NCBI GenBank assembly: GCA_965655095.1 | Contig: OZ296652.1 | Location: 42,284,001-42,348,000 of the forward strand | DNA from: Haplodiscus bocki | Lineage: Eukaryota | DNA: 64,000 nt | Direction: 5' to 3' | Shown here: positions 50,301-64,000 of the stretch, in pieces | How the letters are laid out: each line of letters starts with the position of its first letter | How positions within the stretch are numbered: position 1 is the stretch's first letter | The notes under the pieces: model-generated | The model's input: only the letters and a program-made list of their open reading frames with translations | Told to the model about the DNA's origin: nothing | The model's database searches: none | Program-made: the position numbers and the translations under genes

Positions 50301-53300
50301 GAAAACATTACCTAATAACTCAAAAAGTTTTTACCAGTTATACAACGTACGCGCTTCACAAAACAGAATTTACATGGTAGTATGAATCAACTTTGACCAG
50401 AAAAATCGTTAAAGTTAGTAGTTTACTTCGCTCGATCTTTTACGTTTTTTTCTTCGACTATGTTTTTTAGGAACGTGGCATGTCGATAAATTACAGGTCA
50501 CTATCCGAAAAGACTCCCGCAAAAATCCTAATTTTCTTCATTTTGGCGTAACTGCGTCTGATAATCATCAATATGTACAAAGCCTAAATGAGTATCAAGA
50601 TTACGGTTTATTTCTTCTCCGTACTCCATGAGTATAAACTAAAATTTATTTTGAACTTACCTTGAATGCAAATCCTCTGTTTATCTTTTAACTACTCGCC
50701 TAAATCCATAAAATCTTAGTTTTTCAACATTGAGTGTTTTTGCAACTTGTTTTTGATGAAAAAACAACCAAAATTAGAAAACACCATCTTCATCTGCTGC
50801 CGCGGTAGTAAACCTCTCAGTTTCGTTACAAAAAAACGCCGAGTTTAAACACTACTTTTTTGTTGATTTCTGTCCATTTCTCACTTGAGTCAATAGCGTT
50901 ATCGAGACTGTTTTTCTAATCGATTCCATTCTAACGTTTTGAAGATCTTTTGAATTTCCTATTTGTAAGAACAAAGTTTCCTGCATCTGTTGGTCTTCAA
51001 GTCTCCCACTCACATCAACATCAATCGGCAAATGGAGAATATTTCGCGTTCGTTAAAAACACTACTTTCATATCCAACACCTACTTTAACAACTCTTGAA
51101 ATTTTTTAGCGACAATTTTGCGATGGGCACCGATGCCAAACTTTTTTCTTTTTTCTTCAATTGTTTTCCATCTTTCTAACAATAATTGGAGATAAGCTGA
51201 TCTTTACTTTCGCCAAATTCACAAATTTTTTTCTGCTAACTCCAGGATAATCATAAAGACTCTTTTGTTCTGTTTTCGATTTTTGCTTCTGTCTTTCAGT
51301 TTCGAGCGTATGTGTCGTACTAAACTTTTCCTCACCTGGTCAACATTGTGAGCTTCGTTTTTCGCTATCCAATTGCTTCATAAAAAATCTAGTTCAAAAG
51401 AATATCTCATTTTTTATCTCTCGGAGGAACAAAACCAATCTGACTTTGTGCTTCGACTCACGGTGGCTCCAAGAAACGAGTTCACCTCGGTAAATTCGCT
51501 TGGCGAATGATCGGTAATTCAGGAAAAAACTCAGAAATAGAAGAAGGGACTTCTGTTTCAGAAGAAAACAAAACACAAGAACACAAATCCAACTCAAAAG
51601 GTTTTTGCTCCAAAAATTTATCACAATTAAAAATTGATAAAATGTTTTAAGAAAATGAGAGCGTATACACCCCCTATTGCTCAAGAGGATTGGGAGAATG
51701 GGAATACCAACGAAAACATGATGCAAAAGCTGGTGCAGAAAAGAAAGAGGCAAGTTACGCGGTGGTTAAACGAATCAAAACCAAATGAACAGTAGTTCCG
51801 AAACGACTAACGAAGACAAAAACGTAGTTAGTTAATTTCCATAATCTCCATCTGAGTATAGAAAGGAATTGGGTGAGTTTTATGGATGAAATTTATTTTA
51901 ATCCGTTCGGATGCGCTTGACCAAAAAAGAATATTTTGATGAAACGTAGTTATGAAAAATGTGTTCTCTCTAATCAAAAAGCAATGAGTAGTGCGATTCT
52001 TGAACAGCATTTGCGTAGCCAAGCACAGTATTGGCGGGAGTTTTTGTTTTATAAAATTTTTCAAAAAAAAATGAAAGAAAACTTTGAAAAGCCGTTTTGA
52101 AGCAAATGTTTTCTTGAAGACAAGATGAGAAAAATCTCACACAGTAAAATCCCCAGCAATTGTAACCAAAAACTCAAAACACTGTTTTCTTGGGGGCGAT
52201 TGGTTTTTCCTGACAAAACTTGAGAACTGAAGCAACACCAATTGAAAAATTATCAACGAAATTTCGCCACGGAATTTCAGATGATTTTTTCTCTAACGGT
52301 GGTTATCTGCAACAGTCGTACCTCAATTTGTTGTGTAGTTGAAAACATTACCTAATTACTCAAAAAGTTTTTACCAGTTATACAACGTACGCGCTTCACA
52401 AAACAGAATTTACAGGGTAGTATGAAACAACTTTAATCAGAAAAAACGCTAAAGTTAGTCGTTTACTTCGCTCGATTTTTTAGGTTTTTCTTCGACTATG
52501 TTTTTTAGGAAACTGGCATGTCGATAAAATACAGCTCACTATCCAAAAAAACTCCCGCAATAATCCTAATTTTCTTCAATTTGCCCTAACTACGTCTGAT
52601 AATCATCAATATGTACAAAGCCTAAATGAGTATCAAGATTACGGTTTATTTCTTCTCCATACTCCATGAGTATAAACTAAAATTTATTTTGAACTTACCT
52701 TGAATGCAAATCCTCTGTTTATCTTTTAACTACTCGCCTAAATCCATAAAATCTTAGTTTTTCAACATTGAGTGTTTTTGCAACTTGTTTTTGATGAAAA
52801 AACAAACAAAATTAAAAAACACCATCTTCATCTGCTGCCGCGGTAGTAAACCTCTCAGTTTCGTTACAAAAAAACGCCGAGTTTAAAAACTACTTTTTTG
52901 TTGATTTCTGTCCATTTCTCACTTGAGTCAATAGCGTTATCGAGACTGTTTTTCTAATCGATTCCATTCTAACGTTTTGAAGATCTTTTGAATTTCCTAT
53001 TTGTAAGAACAAAGTTTCCTGCATCTGTTGGTCTTCAAGTCTCCCACTCACATCAACATCAATCGGCAAATGGAGAATATTTCGCGTTCGTTAAAAACAC
53101 TTCTTTCATCTCCAACACCTACTTTAACAACTCTTGAAATTTTTTAGCGACAATTTTACGATGGGCACCGATGCCAAACTTTTTTCTTTTTTCTTCAATT
53201 TTTTTCCATCTTTCTAACAATAATTGGAGATAAGCTGATCTTTACTTTCGCCAAAGTCACAAATTTTTTTCTGCTAACTCCAGGATAATCATAAAGACTC

Positions 53301-56300
53301 TTTTGTTCTGTTTTCGATTTTTGCTTCTGTCTTTCAGTTTCGAGCGTATGTGTCGTACTAAACTTTTCCTCACCTGGTCAACATTGTGAGCTTCGTTTTT
53401 CGCTATCCAATTGCTTCATAAAAAATCTAGTTCAAAAGAAGATCTCATTTTTTATCTCTCGGAGGAACAAAACCAACCTGACTTTGTGCTTCGACTCACG
53501 GTGGCTCCAAGAAACGAGTTCACCTCGGTAAATTCGCTTGGCGAATGATCGGTAATTCAGGAAAAAACTCAGAAATAGAAGAAGGGACTTCTGTTTCAGA
53601 AGAAAACAAAACACAAGAACACAAATCGAACTCAAAAGGTTTTTGCTCCAAAAATTTATCACAAATAAAAATTGATAAAATGTTTTAAGAAAATGAAAGC
53701 GTATACACCCCCTATTGCTCAAGAGGATTGGGAGAATGGGAATACCAACGAAAACATGATGCAAAAGCTGGTGCAGAAAAGAAAGAGGCAAGTTACGCGG
53801 TGGTTAAACGAATCAAAACCAAATGAACAGTAGTTCCGAAACGACTAACGAAGACAAAAACGTAGTTAGTCAATTTCCATAATCTCCATCTGAGTATAGA
53901 AAGGAATTGGGTGAGTTTTATGGATGAAATTTATTTTGATCCGTTCGGATGCGCTTGACCAAAAAAGACTATTTTGATGAAACGTAGTTATGAAAAATGT
54001 GTTCTCTCTAATCAAAAAGCAATGAGTAGTGCGATTCTTGAACAGCATTTGCGTAGCCAAGCACAGTATTGGCGGGAGTATTTGTTTTATAAAATTTTTC
54101 AAAAAAAAATGAAAGAAAACTTTGAAAAGCCGTTTTGAAGCAAATGTTTTCTTGAAGACAAGATGAGAAAAAACTCACACAGTAAAATCCCCAGCAATTG
54201 TAACCAAAAACTCAAAACACTGTTTTCTTGGAGGCGATTGGTTTTTCCTGACAAAACTTGAGAACTGAAGCAACACCAATAGAAAAATTATCAACGAAAT
54301 TTCGCAACGGAATTTCAGATGATTTTTTCTCTAACGGTAGTTATCTGCAACAATCGTACCTCAATTTGTTGTGTAGTTGAAAACATTACCTAATTACTCA
54401 AAAAGTTTTTACCAGTTATACAACGTACGCGCTTCACAAAACAGAATTTACAGGGTAGTATGAAACAACTTTAATCAGAAAAAACGTTAAAGTTAGTCGT
54501 TTACTTCGCTCGATTTTTTAGGTTTTTTACTTCGACTATGTTTTTTAGGAAACTGGCATGTCGATAAAATACAGCTCACTATCCAAAAAAACTCCCGCAA
54601 TAATCCTAATTTTCTTCAATTTGCCCTAACTACGTCTGATAATCATCAATATGTACAAAGCCTAAATGAGTATCAAGATTACGGTTTATTTCTTCTCCAT
54701 ACTCCATGAGTATAAACTAAAATTTATTTTGAACTTACCTTGAATGCAAATCCTCTGTTTATCTTTTAACTACTCGCCTAAATCCATAAAATCTTAGTTT
54801 TTCAACATTGAGTGTTTTTGCAACTTGTTTTTGATGAAAAAACAACCAAAAATAAAAAACACCATCTTCATCTGCTGCCGCGGTAGTAAACCTCTCAGTT
54901 TCGTTACAAAAAAACGCCGAGTTTAAAAACTACTTTTTTGTTGATTTCTGTCCATTTCTCACTTGAGTCAATAGCGTTATCGAGACTGTTTTTCTAATCG
55001 ATTCCATTCTAACGTTTTGAAGATCTTTTGAATTTCCTATTTGTAAGAACAAAGTTTCCTGCATCTGTTGGTCTTCAAGTCTCCCACTCACATCAACATC
55101 AATCGGCAAATGGAGAATATTTCGCGTTCGTTAAAAACACTACTTTCATCTCCAACACCTACTTTAACAACTCTTGAAATTTTTTAGCGACAATTTTACG
55201 ATGGGCACCGATGCCAAACTTTTTTCTTTTTTCTTCAATTTTTTTCCATCTTTCTAACAATGATTGGAGATAAGCTGATCTTTACTTTCGCCAAATTCAC
55301 AAACTTCTTTTTGCTAACTCCAGGATAATCATAAAGACTCTTTTAATCTGTTTTCGATTTTTGCTTCTGTTTTTCAGTTCAAGCGTATGTCTCGTACTAA
55401 ATTCTTCCTCACCTGGTCAACATTGTGAGCTTCGTTTTTCTTTATCCAGTTGCTTCATAAAAAATCTAATTCAAAAGGATATCTCATTTTTTATCTCTCG
55501 GAGGAACGAAACCAACCTGACTTTGTGCTTCGACTCACGGTGGCTCCAAGAAACGAGTTCACCTCGGTAAATTCGCTTGGCGAAAGATCGGTAATTCAGG
55601 AAAAAACTCAGAAATAGAAGAAGGGACTTCTTTTTCAGAAGAAAACAAAACACAAGAACACAAATCGAACTCAAAAGGTTTTTGCTCCAAAAATTTATCA
55701 CAATTAAAAATTGATAAAATGTGTTAAGAAAATGAAAGCGTATACACCCCCTATTGCTCAAGAGGATTGGAAGAATGGGAATACCAACGAAAACATGATG
55801 CAAAAGCTGGTGCAGAAAAGAAAGAGGCAAGTTACGCGGTGGTTAAACGAATCAAAACCAAATGAACAGTAGTTCCGAAACGACTAACGAAGACAAAAAC
55901 GTAGTTAGTTAATTTCCATAATCTCCATCTGAGCATAGAAAGGAATTGGGTGAGTTTTATGGATGAAATTTATTTTGATCCGTTCGGATGCGCTTGACCA
56001 AAAAATACTATTTTGATGAAACGTAGTTATGAAAAATGTGTTCTCTCTAATCAAAAAGCAATGAGTAGTGCGATTCTTGAACAGCATTTGCGTAGCGAAG
56101 CACAGTTTTGGCAGGAGTTTTTGTTTTGTACTATTCTTCAAAAAAATGAAAGAAAACTTTGAAAAACCATTTTGAACTAATGTTTTCTTGAAAACAACAT
56201 GAGAAAAAACTTCACACAAAAAAATTCCCAGCAATTGTAAAAAAAATCAAAACACAGTTTTCTTGGAGACGATTGGGTTTTCCTGACAATACTGAAGAAC

Positions 56301-59300
56301 TGAAACAACTCCAATTAAAAAATTATCAACGAATTATCGCCAAGCAATTTCAGATGTTTTTTTCTCTAACGCTGGTTCTCTGCAACAGTCGTATCTTTTT
56401 TTGTTGTTTAGTTGAAAACATTACCTAATTACTCAAAAAAAATTTTCCAGTTAGACAACGTACGCGCTTCACAAAACAGAATTTACTGGGTAGTATGAAA
56501 CAAATTTGACCAGAAATATTGTTAAAGTTAGTCGTTTACTTCGGTCGATCTTTCACGTTCATCACTTCGACTATGCTTCTTAGGAAACTGGCATGTCGAT
56601 AAATTACAGATCACTATACGAAAAAACTCCCGCAAAATTCCTAATTTTTTTCATTTTGCCCTAACTACGTCTGATAATCATCAATATGTACAAAGTTTAA
56701 ATGAGTATCAAGATTACGGTTTATTTCTTCTCCATACTCCATGAGTATAATCTAAAATTTATTTTGAACTTACCTTGAATGCAAATCCTCTGTTTTCTTT
56801 TTAACTACTCGCCTAAATCCATAAAATCTTAGATTTTCAACATTGAGTGTTTTTGCAACTTCTTTTTGATAAAAAAAACAATCAAAATTAGAAAACATCA
56901 TCTTCATCTGCTGCGCGGTAGTAAATCTCTCAGTTTCAATACAAAAAAACGCCCAGTTTTTAAAACTACTTTTTTGTTGATTTCTGTCCATTTCTCACTT
57001 GAGTCAATAGCGTTATCGAGACTGTTTTTCTAATCGATTCCATTCTAACGTTTTGAAGATCTTTTGAATTTCCTATTTGTAAGAACAAAGTTTCCTGCAT
57101 CTTTTGGTCTTCAAGTCTCACACTCACATCAACATCAATCGGCAAATGGAGAATAATTCGCGTTTGTTAAAATCAATACTTTCATCTCCAACACCTACTT
57201 TTACAACTCTTGAAAAATTTTAGCACCAATTTTACGATATGCTCCGATGCCAAACTTTTTTCATTTTTCTTCAATTTTTTTCCATCTTTCTAACAATGAC
57301 TGGAGATAAGCTGATCTTTTTTTTTCGCCAAATTCACAAACTTCTTTTTGCTAACTCCAGGATAATCATAAAGACTCTTTTAATCTGTTTTCGATTTTTG
57401 CTTCTGTTTTTCAGTTCAAGCGTATGTCTCGTACTAAATTTTTCCTCACCTGGTCAACATTGTGAGCTTCGTTTTTCGTTATCCAGTTGCCTCATGAAAT
57501 CTAACTCAAAGGAACATCTAATTTTTTTTCTCTCGGAGCAACGAAACCAACCTAAATTTATCCTTCGACTCACGGTGCTTCCAAGAAACGACTTCACCTC
57601 GGTAAATTCGCTTGGCGAAAGATCGGTAATTCAGGAAAAAACTCAGAAATAGAGGAAGGGACTTCTTTTTCAGAAGAAAACAAAACACAAGAACACAAAT
57701 CGAACTCAAAAGGTTTTTGCTCCAAAAATTTATCACAATTAAAAATTGATAAAAAGTTTTAAGAAAATGAAAGCGTATACACCCCCTATTGCTCAAGAGG
57801 ATTGGGAGAATGGGAATACCAACGAAAACATGATGCAAAAGCTGGTGCAGAAAAGAAAGAGGCAAGTTACGCGGTGGTTAAACGAATCAAAACCAAATGA
57901 ACAGTAGTTCCGAAACGACTAACGAAGACAAAAACGTAGTTAGTTAATTTCCATAATCTCCATCTGAGTATAGAAAGGAATTGGGTGAATTTTATGGATG
58001 AAATTTATTTTGATCCGTTCGGATGCGCTTGACCAAAAAAACTATTTTGATGAAACGTAGTTATGAAAAATGTGTTCTCTCTAATCAAAAAGCAATGAGT
58101 AGTGCGATTCTTGAACAGCATTTGCGTAGCGAAGCACAGTTTTGGCAGGAGTTTTTGTTTTGTACTATTCTTCAAAAAAATGAAAGAAAACTTTGAAAAA
58201 CCATTTTGAACTAATGTTTTCTTGAAAACAACATGAGAAAAAACTTCACACAAAAAAATTCCCAGCAATTGTAAAAAAAAACAGAACACAGTTTTCTTGG
58301 AGACGATTGGGTTTTCCTGACAATACTGAAGAACTGAAACAACAACAATTAAAAAATTATCAACGAATTATCGCCAAGCAATTTCAGATGATTTTTTCTC
58401 TAACGCTGGTTCTCTGCAACAGTCGTATCTTTTTTTGTTGTTTAGTTGAAAACATTACCTAATTACTCAAAAAAATTTTTCCAGTTAGACAACGTACGCG
58501 CTTCACAAAACAGAATTTACTGGGTAGTATGAAACAAATTTGACCAGAAATATTGTTAAAGTTAGTCGTTTACTTCGGTCGATCTTTCACGTTTTTCACT
58601 TCGACTATGCTTCTTAGGAAACTGGCATGTCGATAAATTACAAATCACTATCCGAAAAAACTCCCGCAAAATTCCTAATTTTTTTCATTTTGCCGTAACT
58701 ACGTCTGATAATCATCAATATGTACAAAGTTTAAATGAGTATCAAGATTACGGTTTATTTCTTCTCCATACTCCATGAGTATAATCTAAATTTTATTTTG
58801 AACTTACCTTGAATGCAAATCCTCTGTTTTCTTTTTAACTACTCGCCTAAATCCATAAAATCTTAGATTTTCAACATTGAGTGTTTTTGCAACTTCTTTT
58901 TGATAAAAAAACAACCAAAATTAGAAAACATCATCTTCATCTGCTGCGCGGTAGTAAATCTCTCAGTTTCAATACAAAAAAACGCCCAGTTTTTAAAACT
59001 ACTTTTTTGTTGATTTCTGTCCATTTCTCACTTGAGTCAATAGCGTTATCGAGACTGTTTTTCTAATCGATTCCATTCTAACGTTTTGAAATCTTTTGAA
59101 TTTCCTATTTGTAAGAACAAAGTTTCCTGCATTTGCTCGTCTTCAAGTCTCCCACTCTCATCAACATCAAGTGGGCAAATGGAGAATAATTCGCGTTTGT
59201 TAAAACCAATACTTTCATCTCCAACACCTACTTTTACAACGCTTGAAAATTTTTAGCACCAATTTTACGATATGCTCCGATGCCAAACTTTTTTCATTTT

Positions 59301-62300
59301 TCTTCAATTTTTTTCCATCTTTCTAACAATGACTGGAGATAAGCTGATCTTTTTTTTTCGCCAAATTCACAAACTTCTTTTTGCTAACTCCAGGATAATC
59401 ATAAAGACTCTTTTAATCTGTTTTCGATTTTTGCTTCTGTTTTTCAGTTTCAAGCGTATGTCTCGTACTAAATTTTTCCTCACCTGGTCAACATTGTGAG
59501 CTTCGTTTTTCGTTATCCAGTTGCTTCATAAAAAATCTAATTCAAAAGGATATCTCATTTTTTATCTCTCGGAGGAACGAAACCAACCTAAATTTGAGCT
59601 TCGACTCACGGTGGCTCCAAAAAACGAGTTCACCTCGGAAAATTCGCTTGGCGAACGATCGGTAATTTAGGAAAAAACTCAGAAATAGAAGAAGGGACTT
59701 CTGTTTCAGAAGAAAACAAAACACAAGAACACAAATCGAACTCAAAAGGTTTTTGCTCCACAAATTTATCACCATTAAAAATTGATAAAATGTTGTAAAA
59801 AAATGAAAGCGTATACACCCCCTATTGCTCAAGAGGATTGGGAGAATGGGAACTCCAACGAAAACATGATCCAAACGCTGTTGCAGAATAGAAAGAGGCA
59901 AGTTACTCAGTGGTTAAACGAATCAAAACCAAATGAACAGTAGTTCCGAAACGACTAACGAAGACAAAAACGTAGTTAGTTATTCTCCATAATCTCCATC
60001 TGAGTATAGAAACGAATTGGGTGAGTTTTATGGATGAAAATTATTTTGATCCGTTCGGGTGCGCTTGAACAAAAGAGACTTTTTTGATGAAACGTAGTTA
60101 TGAAAAATGTGTTCTCTGTAATCAAAAAGCAATGAGTAGTGCGATTCTTGAACAGCATTTGCGTAGCGAAGGACAGTTTCGGCAGGAGTTTTTGTTTTAT
60201 AAAATTTTTCAAAAAAAAATGAAAGAAAACTTTGAAAAGCCGTTTTGAAGCAAATGTTTTCTTGAAGACAAGATGAGAAAAAACTCACACAGTAAAATCC
60301 CCAGCAATTGTAACCAAAAACTCAAAACACTGTTTTCTTGGGGGCGATTGGTTTTTCCTGACAAAACTTGAGAACTGAAGCAACACCAATTGAAAAATTA
60401 TCAACGAAATTTCGCCACGGAATATCAGATGATTTTTTCTCCAAAGCTGGTTCTCTGCAACAGTCGTATCTTATTTTGTTGTTTAGTTGAAAAAATTATT
60501 TATTAACCCAAATTGTTTTTTCTAGTTAGACAACGTACGCACTTCACAAAACAGAATTTACTGGGTAGTGTGAAACAACTTTGACCAGAAAAAACGTTAG
60601 AGATAGTCGTTTACTTCGCTCGCTCTTTTACGTTTTTTACTTCGATTATGTTTTTCAAGAACGTGGCATGTCGATAAATTACAGGTCACTATCCGAAGAA
60701 ACTACCGCAAAATTCCTAATTTTCTTCATTTTGCCGTAACTATGTCTGATAATCATCAATATGTACAAAGCTTAAATGAGTATCAAGATTACGGTTTATT
60801 TCTTCTCCATTCTCCATGAGTATAATCTAAAATTTATTTTGAACTTACCTTGAATGCAAATCCTCTGTTTTCCTTTTAACTACTCGCCTAAATCCATATA
60901 ATCTTAGATTTTCAACATTGAGTGTTTTTGCAACTTCTTTTTGATAAAAAAACAACCTAAACTAAGAAACACCATCTTTATCAGCTGCCGCGGGAGTAAA
61001 CCTCTCAGTTTCATTACAGAAAAACGCCGAGTTTAAAAACTACTTTTTTGTTGATTTCTGTCCATTTCTCACTTGAGTCAATAGCGTTATCGAGACTGTT
61101 TTTCTAATCGATTCCATTCCAACGTTTTGAAGATCTTTTGAATTTCCTATTTGTAAGAACAATGTTTCCTGCATCTGTTCGTCTTCAAGTTTCCCACTCA
61201 CATCAACATCAAGTGGGTAAATGGAGAATATTTCACGTTTGTTAAAATCAATACTTTCATCTCCAACACCTACTTTTACAACTCTTGAAAATTTTTAGCA
61301 CCAATTTTACGATGTGCACCGATGCCAAATTTTTTCATTTTTCTTCAATTTTTTTCCATCATTCTAACAATGATTGGAGATAAGCTGATCTTTATTTTCG
61401 CCAAATTCACAAATTTTTTTTGCTAACTCCAGGATAATAATAAAGACTCTTTTATTCTGTTTTCGATTTTTGCTTCTGTTTTTCAGTTTCAAGCGTATTT
61501 CTCGTACTAAACTTTTCCTCACCTGGTCAACATTGTGAGCTTCGTTTTTCGCTATCCAGTTGCTTCATAAAAAATCTAATTCAAAAGAATATCTCATTTT
61601 TTATTTCTCGGAGGAACGAAACCAACCTAAATTTGTCCTTCGACTCACGGTGCTTCCAAGAAACGACTTCACCTCGGAAAATTCGCTTGGCGAATGATCG
61701 GTAATTTAGGAAAAAACTCAGAAATAGAAGAAGGGACTTCTGTTTCAGAAGAAAACAAAACACAAGAACACAAATCGAACTCAGAAGGTTTTTGCTCCAC
61801 AAATTTATCACAATTAAAAATTGATAAAATGTTGTAAAAAAATGAAAGCGTATACACCCCCTATTGCTCAAGAGGATTGGGAGAATGGGAATACCAACGA
61901 AAACATGATCCAAAAGCTGGTGCAGAAAAGAAAGAGGCAAGTTACGCGGTGGTTAAACGAATCAAAACCAAATGAACAGTAGTTCCGAAACGACTAACGA
62001 AGACAAAAACGTAGTTAGTTAATTTCCATAATCTCCATCTGAGTATAGAAACGAATTGGGTGAATTTTATGGATGAAAATTATTTTGATCCGTTCGGGTG
62101 CGCTTGAACAAAGGAGACTTTTTTGATGAAACGTAGTAATGGAAATTGTGTTCTCTCTAATCAAAAAGCAATGAGTAGTGCGATTCTTGAACAGCATTTG
62201 CGTAGCGAAGGACAGTTTCGGCAGGAGTTTTTGTTTTGTACTATTATTCAAAAAAATGAAAGAAAACTTTGAAACACCGTTTTGAACTAATGTTTTCTTG

Positions 62301-64000
62301 AAAACAACATGAGAAAAAGTTTTACACAAAAAAAATCCCAGCAATTGTAATTAAAAAATCAAAACACAGTTTTCTTGGAGACGATTGGGTTTTCCTGACA
62401 ATACTGAAGAACTGAAACAACACCAATTAAAAAATTATCAACGAAATATCGCCAAGCAATTTCAGATGATTTTTTCTCTAACGCTGGTTCTCTCCAACAG
62501 TCGTATCTTATTTTCGGTTGTTTAGTTGAAAAAATTATTTTTTAACTCAAATTGTTTTTTCCATTTAGACAACTTACGCATTTCAAAAAACAGAATTTAC
62601 TGGGTAGTTTCAAACAACTTTGACCAGAAAAAACGTTAGAGTTAGTCGTTTACTTCGCTCGCTCTTTTACGTTTTTTACTTCGACTATGTTTTTTAAGAA
62701 CGTGGCATGTCGATAAATTACAGGTCACTATCCGAAGAAACTCCCGCAAAATTCCTATTTTTCTTCATTTTGCCGTAACTATGTCTGATAATCATCAATA
62801 TGTACAAAGCTTAAATGAGTATCAAGATTACGGTTTATTTCTTATCCATACACCATGAGTATAATCTAAAATATATTTTGAACTTACCTTGAATGCAAAT
62901 CCTCTGTTTTCCTTTTAACTACTCGCCTAAATCCATATAATCTTAGATTTTCAAAATTGAGTGTTTTTGCAACTTCTTTTTGATAAAAAAACAACCAAAA
63001 CTAAAAATTGCCATCTTTATCTGCTGCCGCGGGAGTAAACCTCTCAGTTTCATTACAAAAAAAGGCCGAGTTTAAAAACTACTTTTTTGATGATTTCTGT
63101 CCATTTCTCACTTGAGTCAATAGCGTTATCGAGACTGTTTTTCTAATCGATTCCATTCTAACGTTTTGAAGATCTTTTGAATTTCCTATTTGTAAGAACA
63201 AAATTTCCTGCATCTGTTCGCCTTCAAGTCTCCCACTCACATCAACATCAAGTGGGCAAACGGAGAACATTTCGCGTTTGTTAAAATCAATACTTTCATC
63301 TCCAACGTCTAATTTTACACCTCTTGAAAATTTTTAGCACCAATTTTACGATGTGCACCGATGCCAAACTTTTTTCATTTTTCTTCAATTTTTTTCTATC
63401 TTTCTAACAATAATTGTAGATAAGCTGATCTTTACTTTCGCCAAATTCACAAACCTCTTTTTGCTAACTCCAGGATAATCATTAAGACTCTTTTGTTTTG
63501 TTTTCGATTTTTGCTTCTGTTTTTCAGTTTCAAGCGTATGTCTCGAACTAAACCTTTCCTCACCTGGTCAACATTGTGAGCTTCGTTTTTCGCTATCCAG
63601 TTGCTTCATAAATAATCTAATTCAAAAGAATATCTCATTTTTTATCTCTCGGAGGAACGAAACCAACCTAAATTTGTGCTTCGACTCACGGTGGCTCCAA
63701 AAAACGAGTTCACCTCGGAAAATTCGCTTGGCGAATGATCGGTAATTTAGGAAAAAACTCAGAAATAGAAGAAGGGATTTCTGTTTCAGAAGAAAACAAA
63801 ACACAAGAACACAGATCGAACTCAAAAGGTTTTTGCTCCACAAATTTATCACAATTAAAAATTGATAAAATGTTGTAAAAAAATGAAAGCGTATACACCC
63901 CCTATTGCTCAAGAGGATTGGGAGAATGGGAATACCAACGAAAACATGATCCAAAAGCTGGTGCAGAAAAGGAAAAGGCAAGTTACGCGGTGGTTAAACG
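44185..64000 (+). repeat. Tandem array of ~2.03-kb Polinton-derived units (9 complete plus 1 partial; extends beyond the window)
   Basis: Homologous unit starts at 44185, 46209, 48232, 50264, 52304, 54342, 56377, 58411, 60452 and 62489 (periods 2023-2041 bp), head-to-tail with no spacers. Confidence 0.97.
45690..46020 (+). pseudogene. Adenain-like cysteine protease pseudogene (one per complete array unit; unit 1 shown)
   Basis: VSLHLSKETK*VCFLDEKYFDLFGCA*PKK in unit 1; NLHLSIETNWVSFMDENYFDPFGCA at 59991 in unit 8; downstream KDSFGRSFCF. This matches the Polinton/adenovirus protease pattern N...G.HW....YFD(P/S)FG....C, with the catalytic His and Cys lost. Confidence 0.7.

Noticed and set aside
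51394-63981. Recurrent 115-119-aa hydrophobic minus-strand ORF (MPLSFLHQLL...) in seven array units
   Set aside because: It starts at TTG, is broken in units 1-3, and is the T-rich shadow of an A-rich strand. Recurrence is explained by recent duplication.

Overview
AT-rich, gene-poor, repeat-dominated eukaryotic DNA, probably an invertebrate; the repeat families resemble those I associate with acoel flatworms, but that is an unverified impression. (1) Three solo LTRs of one Ty3/Gypsy-like superfamily (816-2154 +, 15657-16649 +, 28616-30206 -), each flanked by a 5-bp target-site duplication. Each carries the first ~130 codons of a gag-like ORF inside the LTR, plus a conserved antisense ORF. 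(2) Fragments of a PLEKHH/MAX-1-like PH-MyTH4-FERM gene on the + strand, including an intact terminal FERM exon at 21990-22448. (3) A decayed Polinton/Maverick starting at an AGTAGT terminus at 40231, with a protein-primed PolB pseudogene and a probable packaging-ATPase relic. (4) That Polinton runs directly into a tandem array of ~2.03-kb units (9 complete plus 1 partial, continuing past the window end). The unit is an internal Polinton segment carrying a dead adenain-type protease gene. (5) Degenerate satellites, MITE/SINE-like pieces, CRE-like RT and Helitron-like relics, and microsatellites. No prokaryotic operons or CRISPR arrays. Protein assignments come from manual translation and motif recognition, not database searches.
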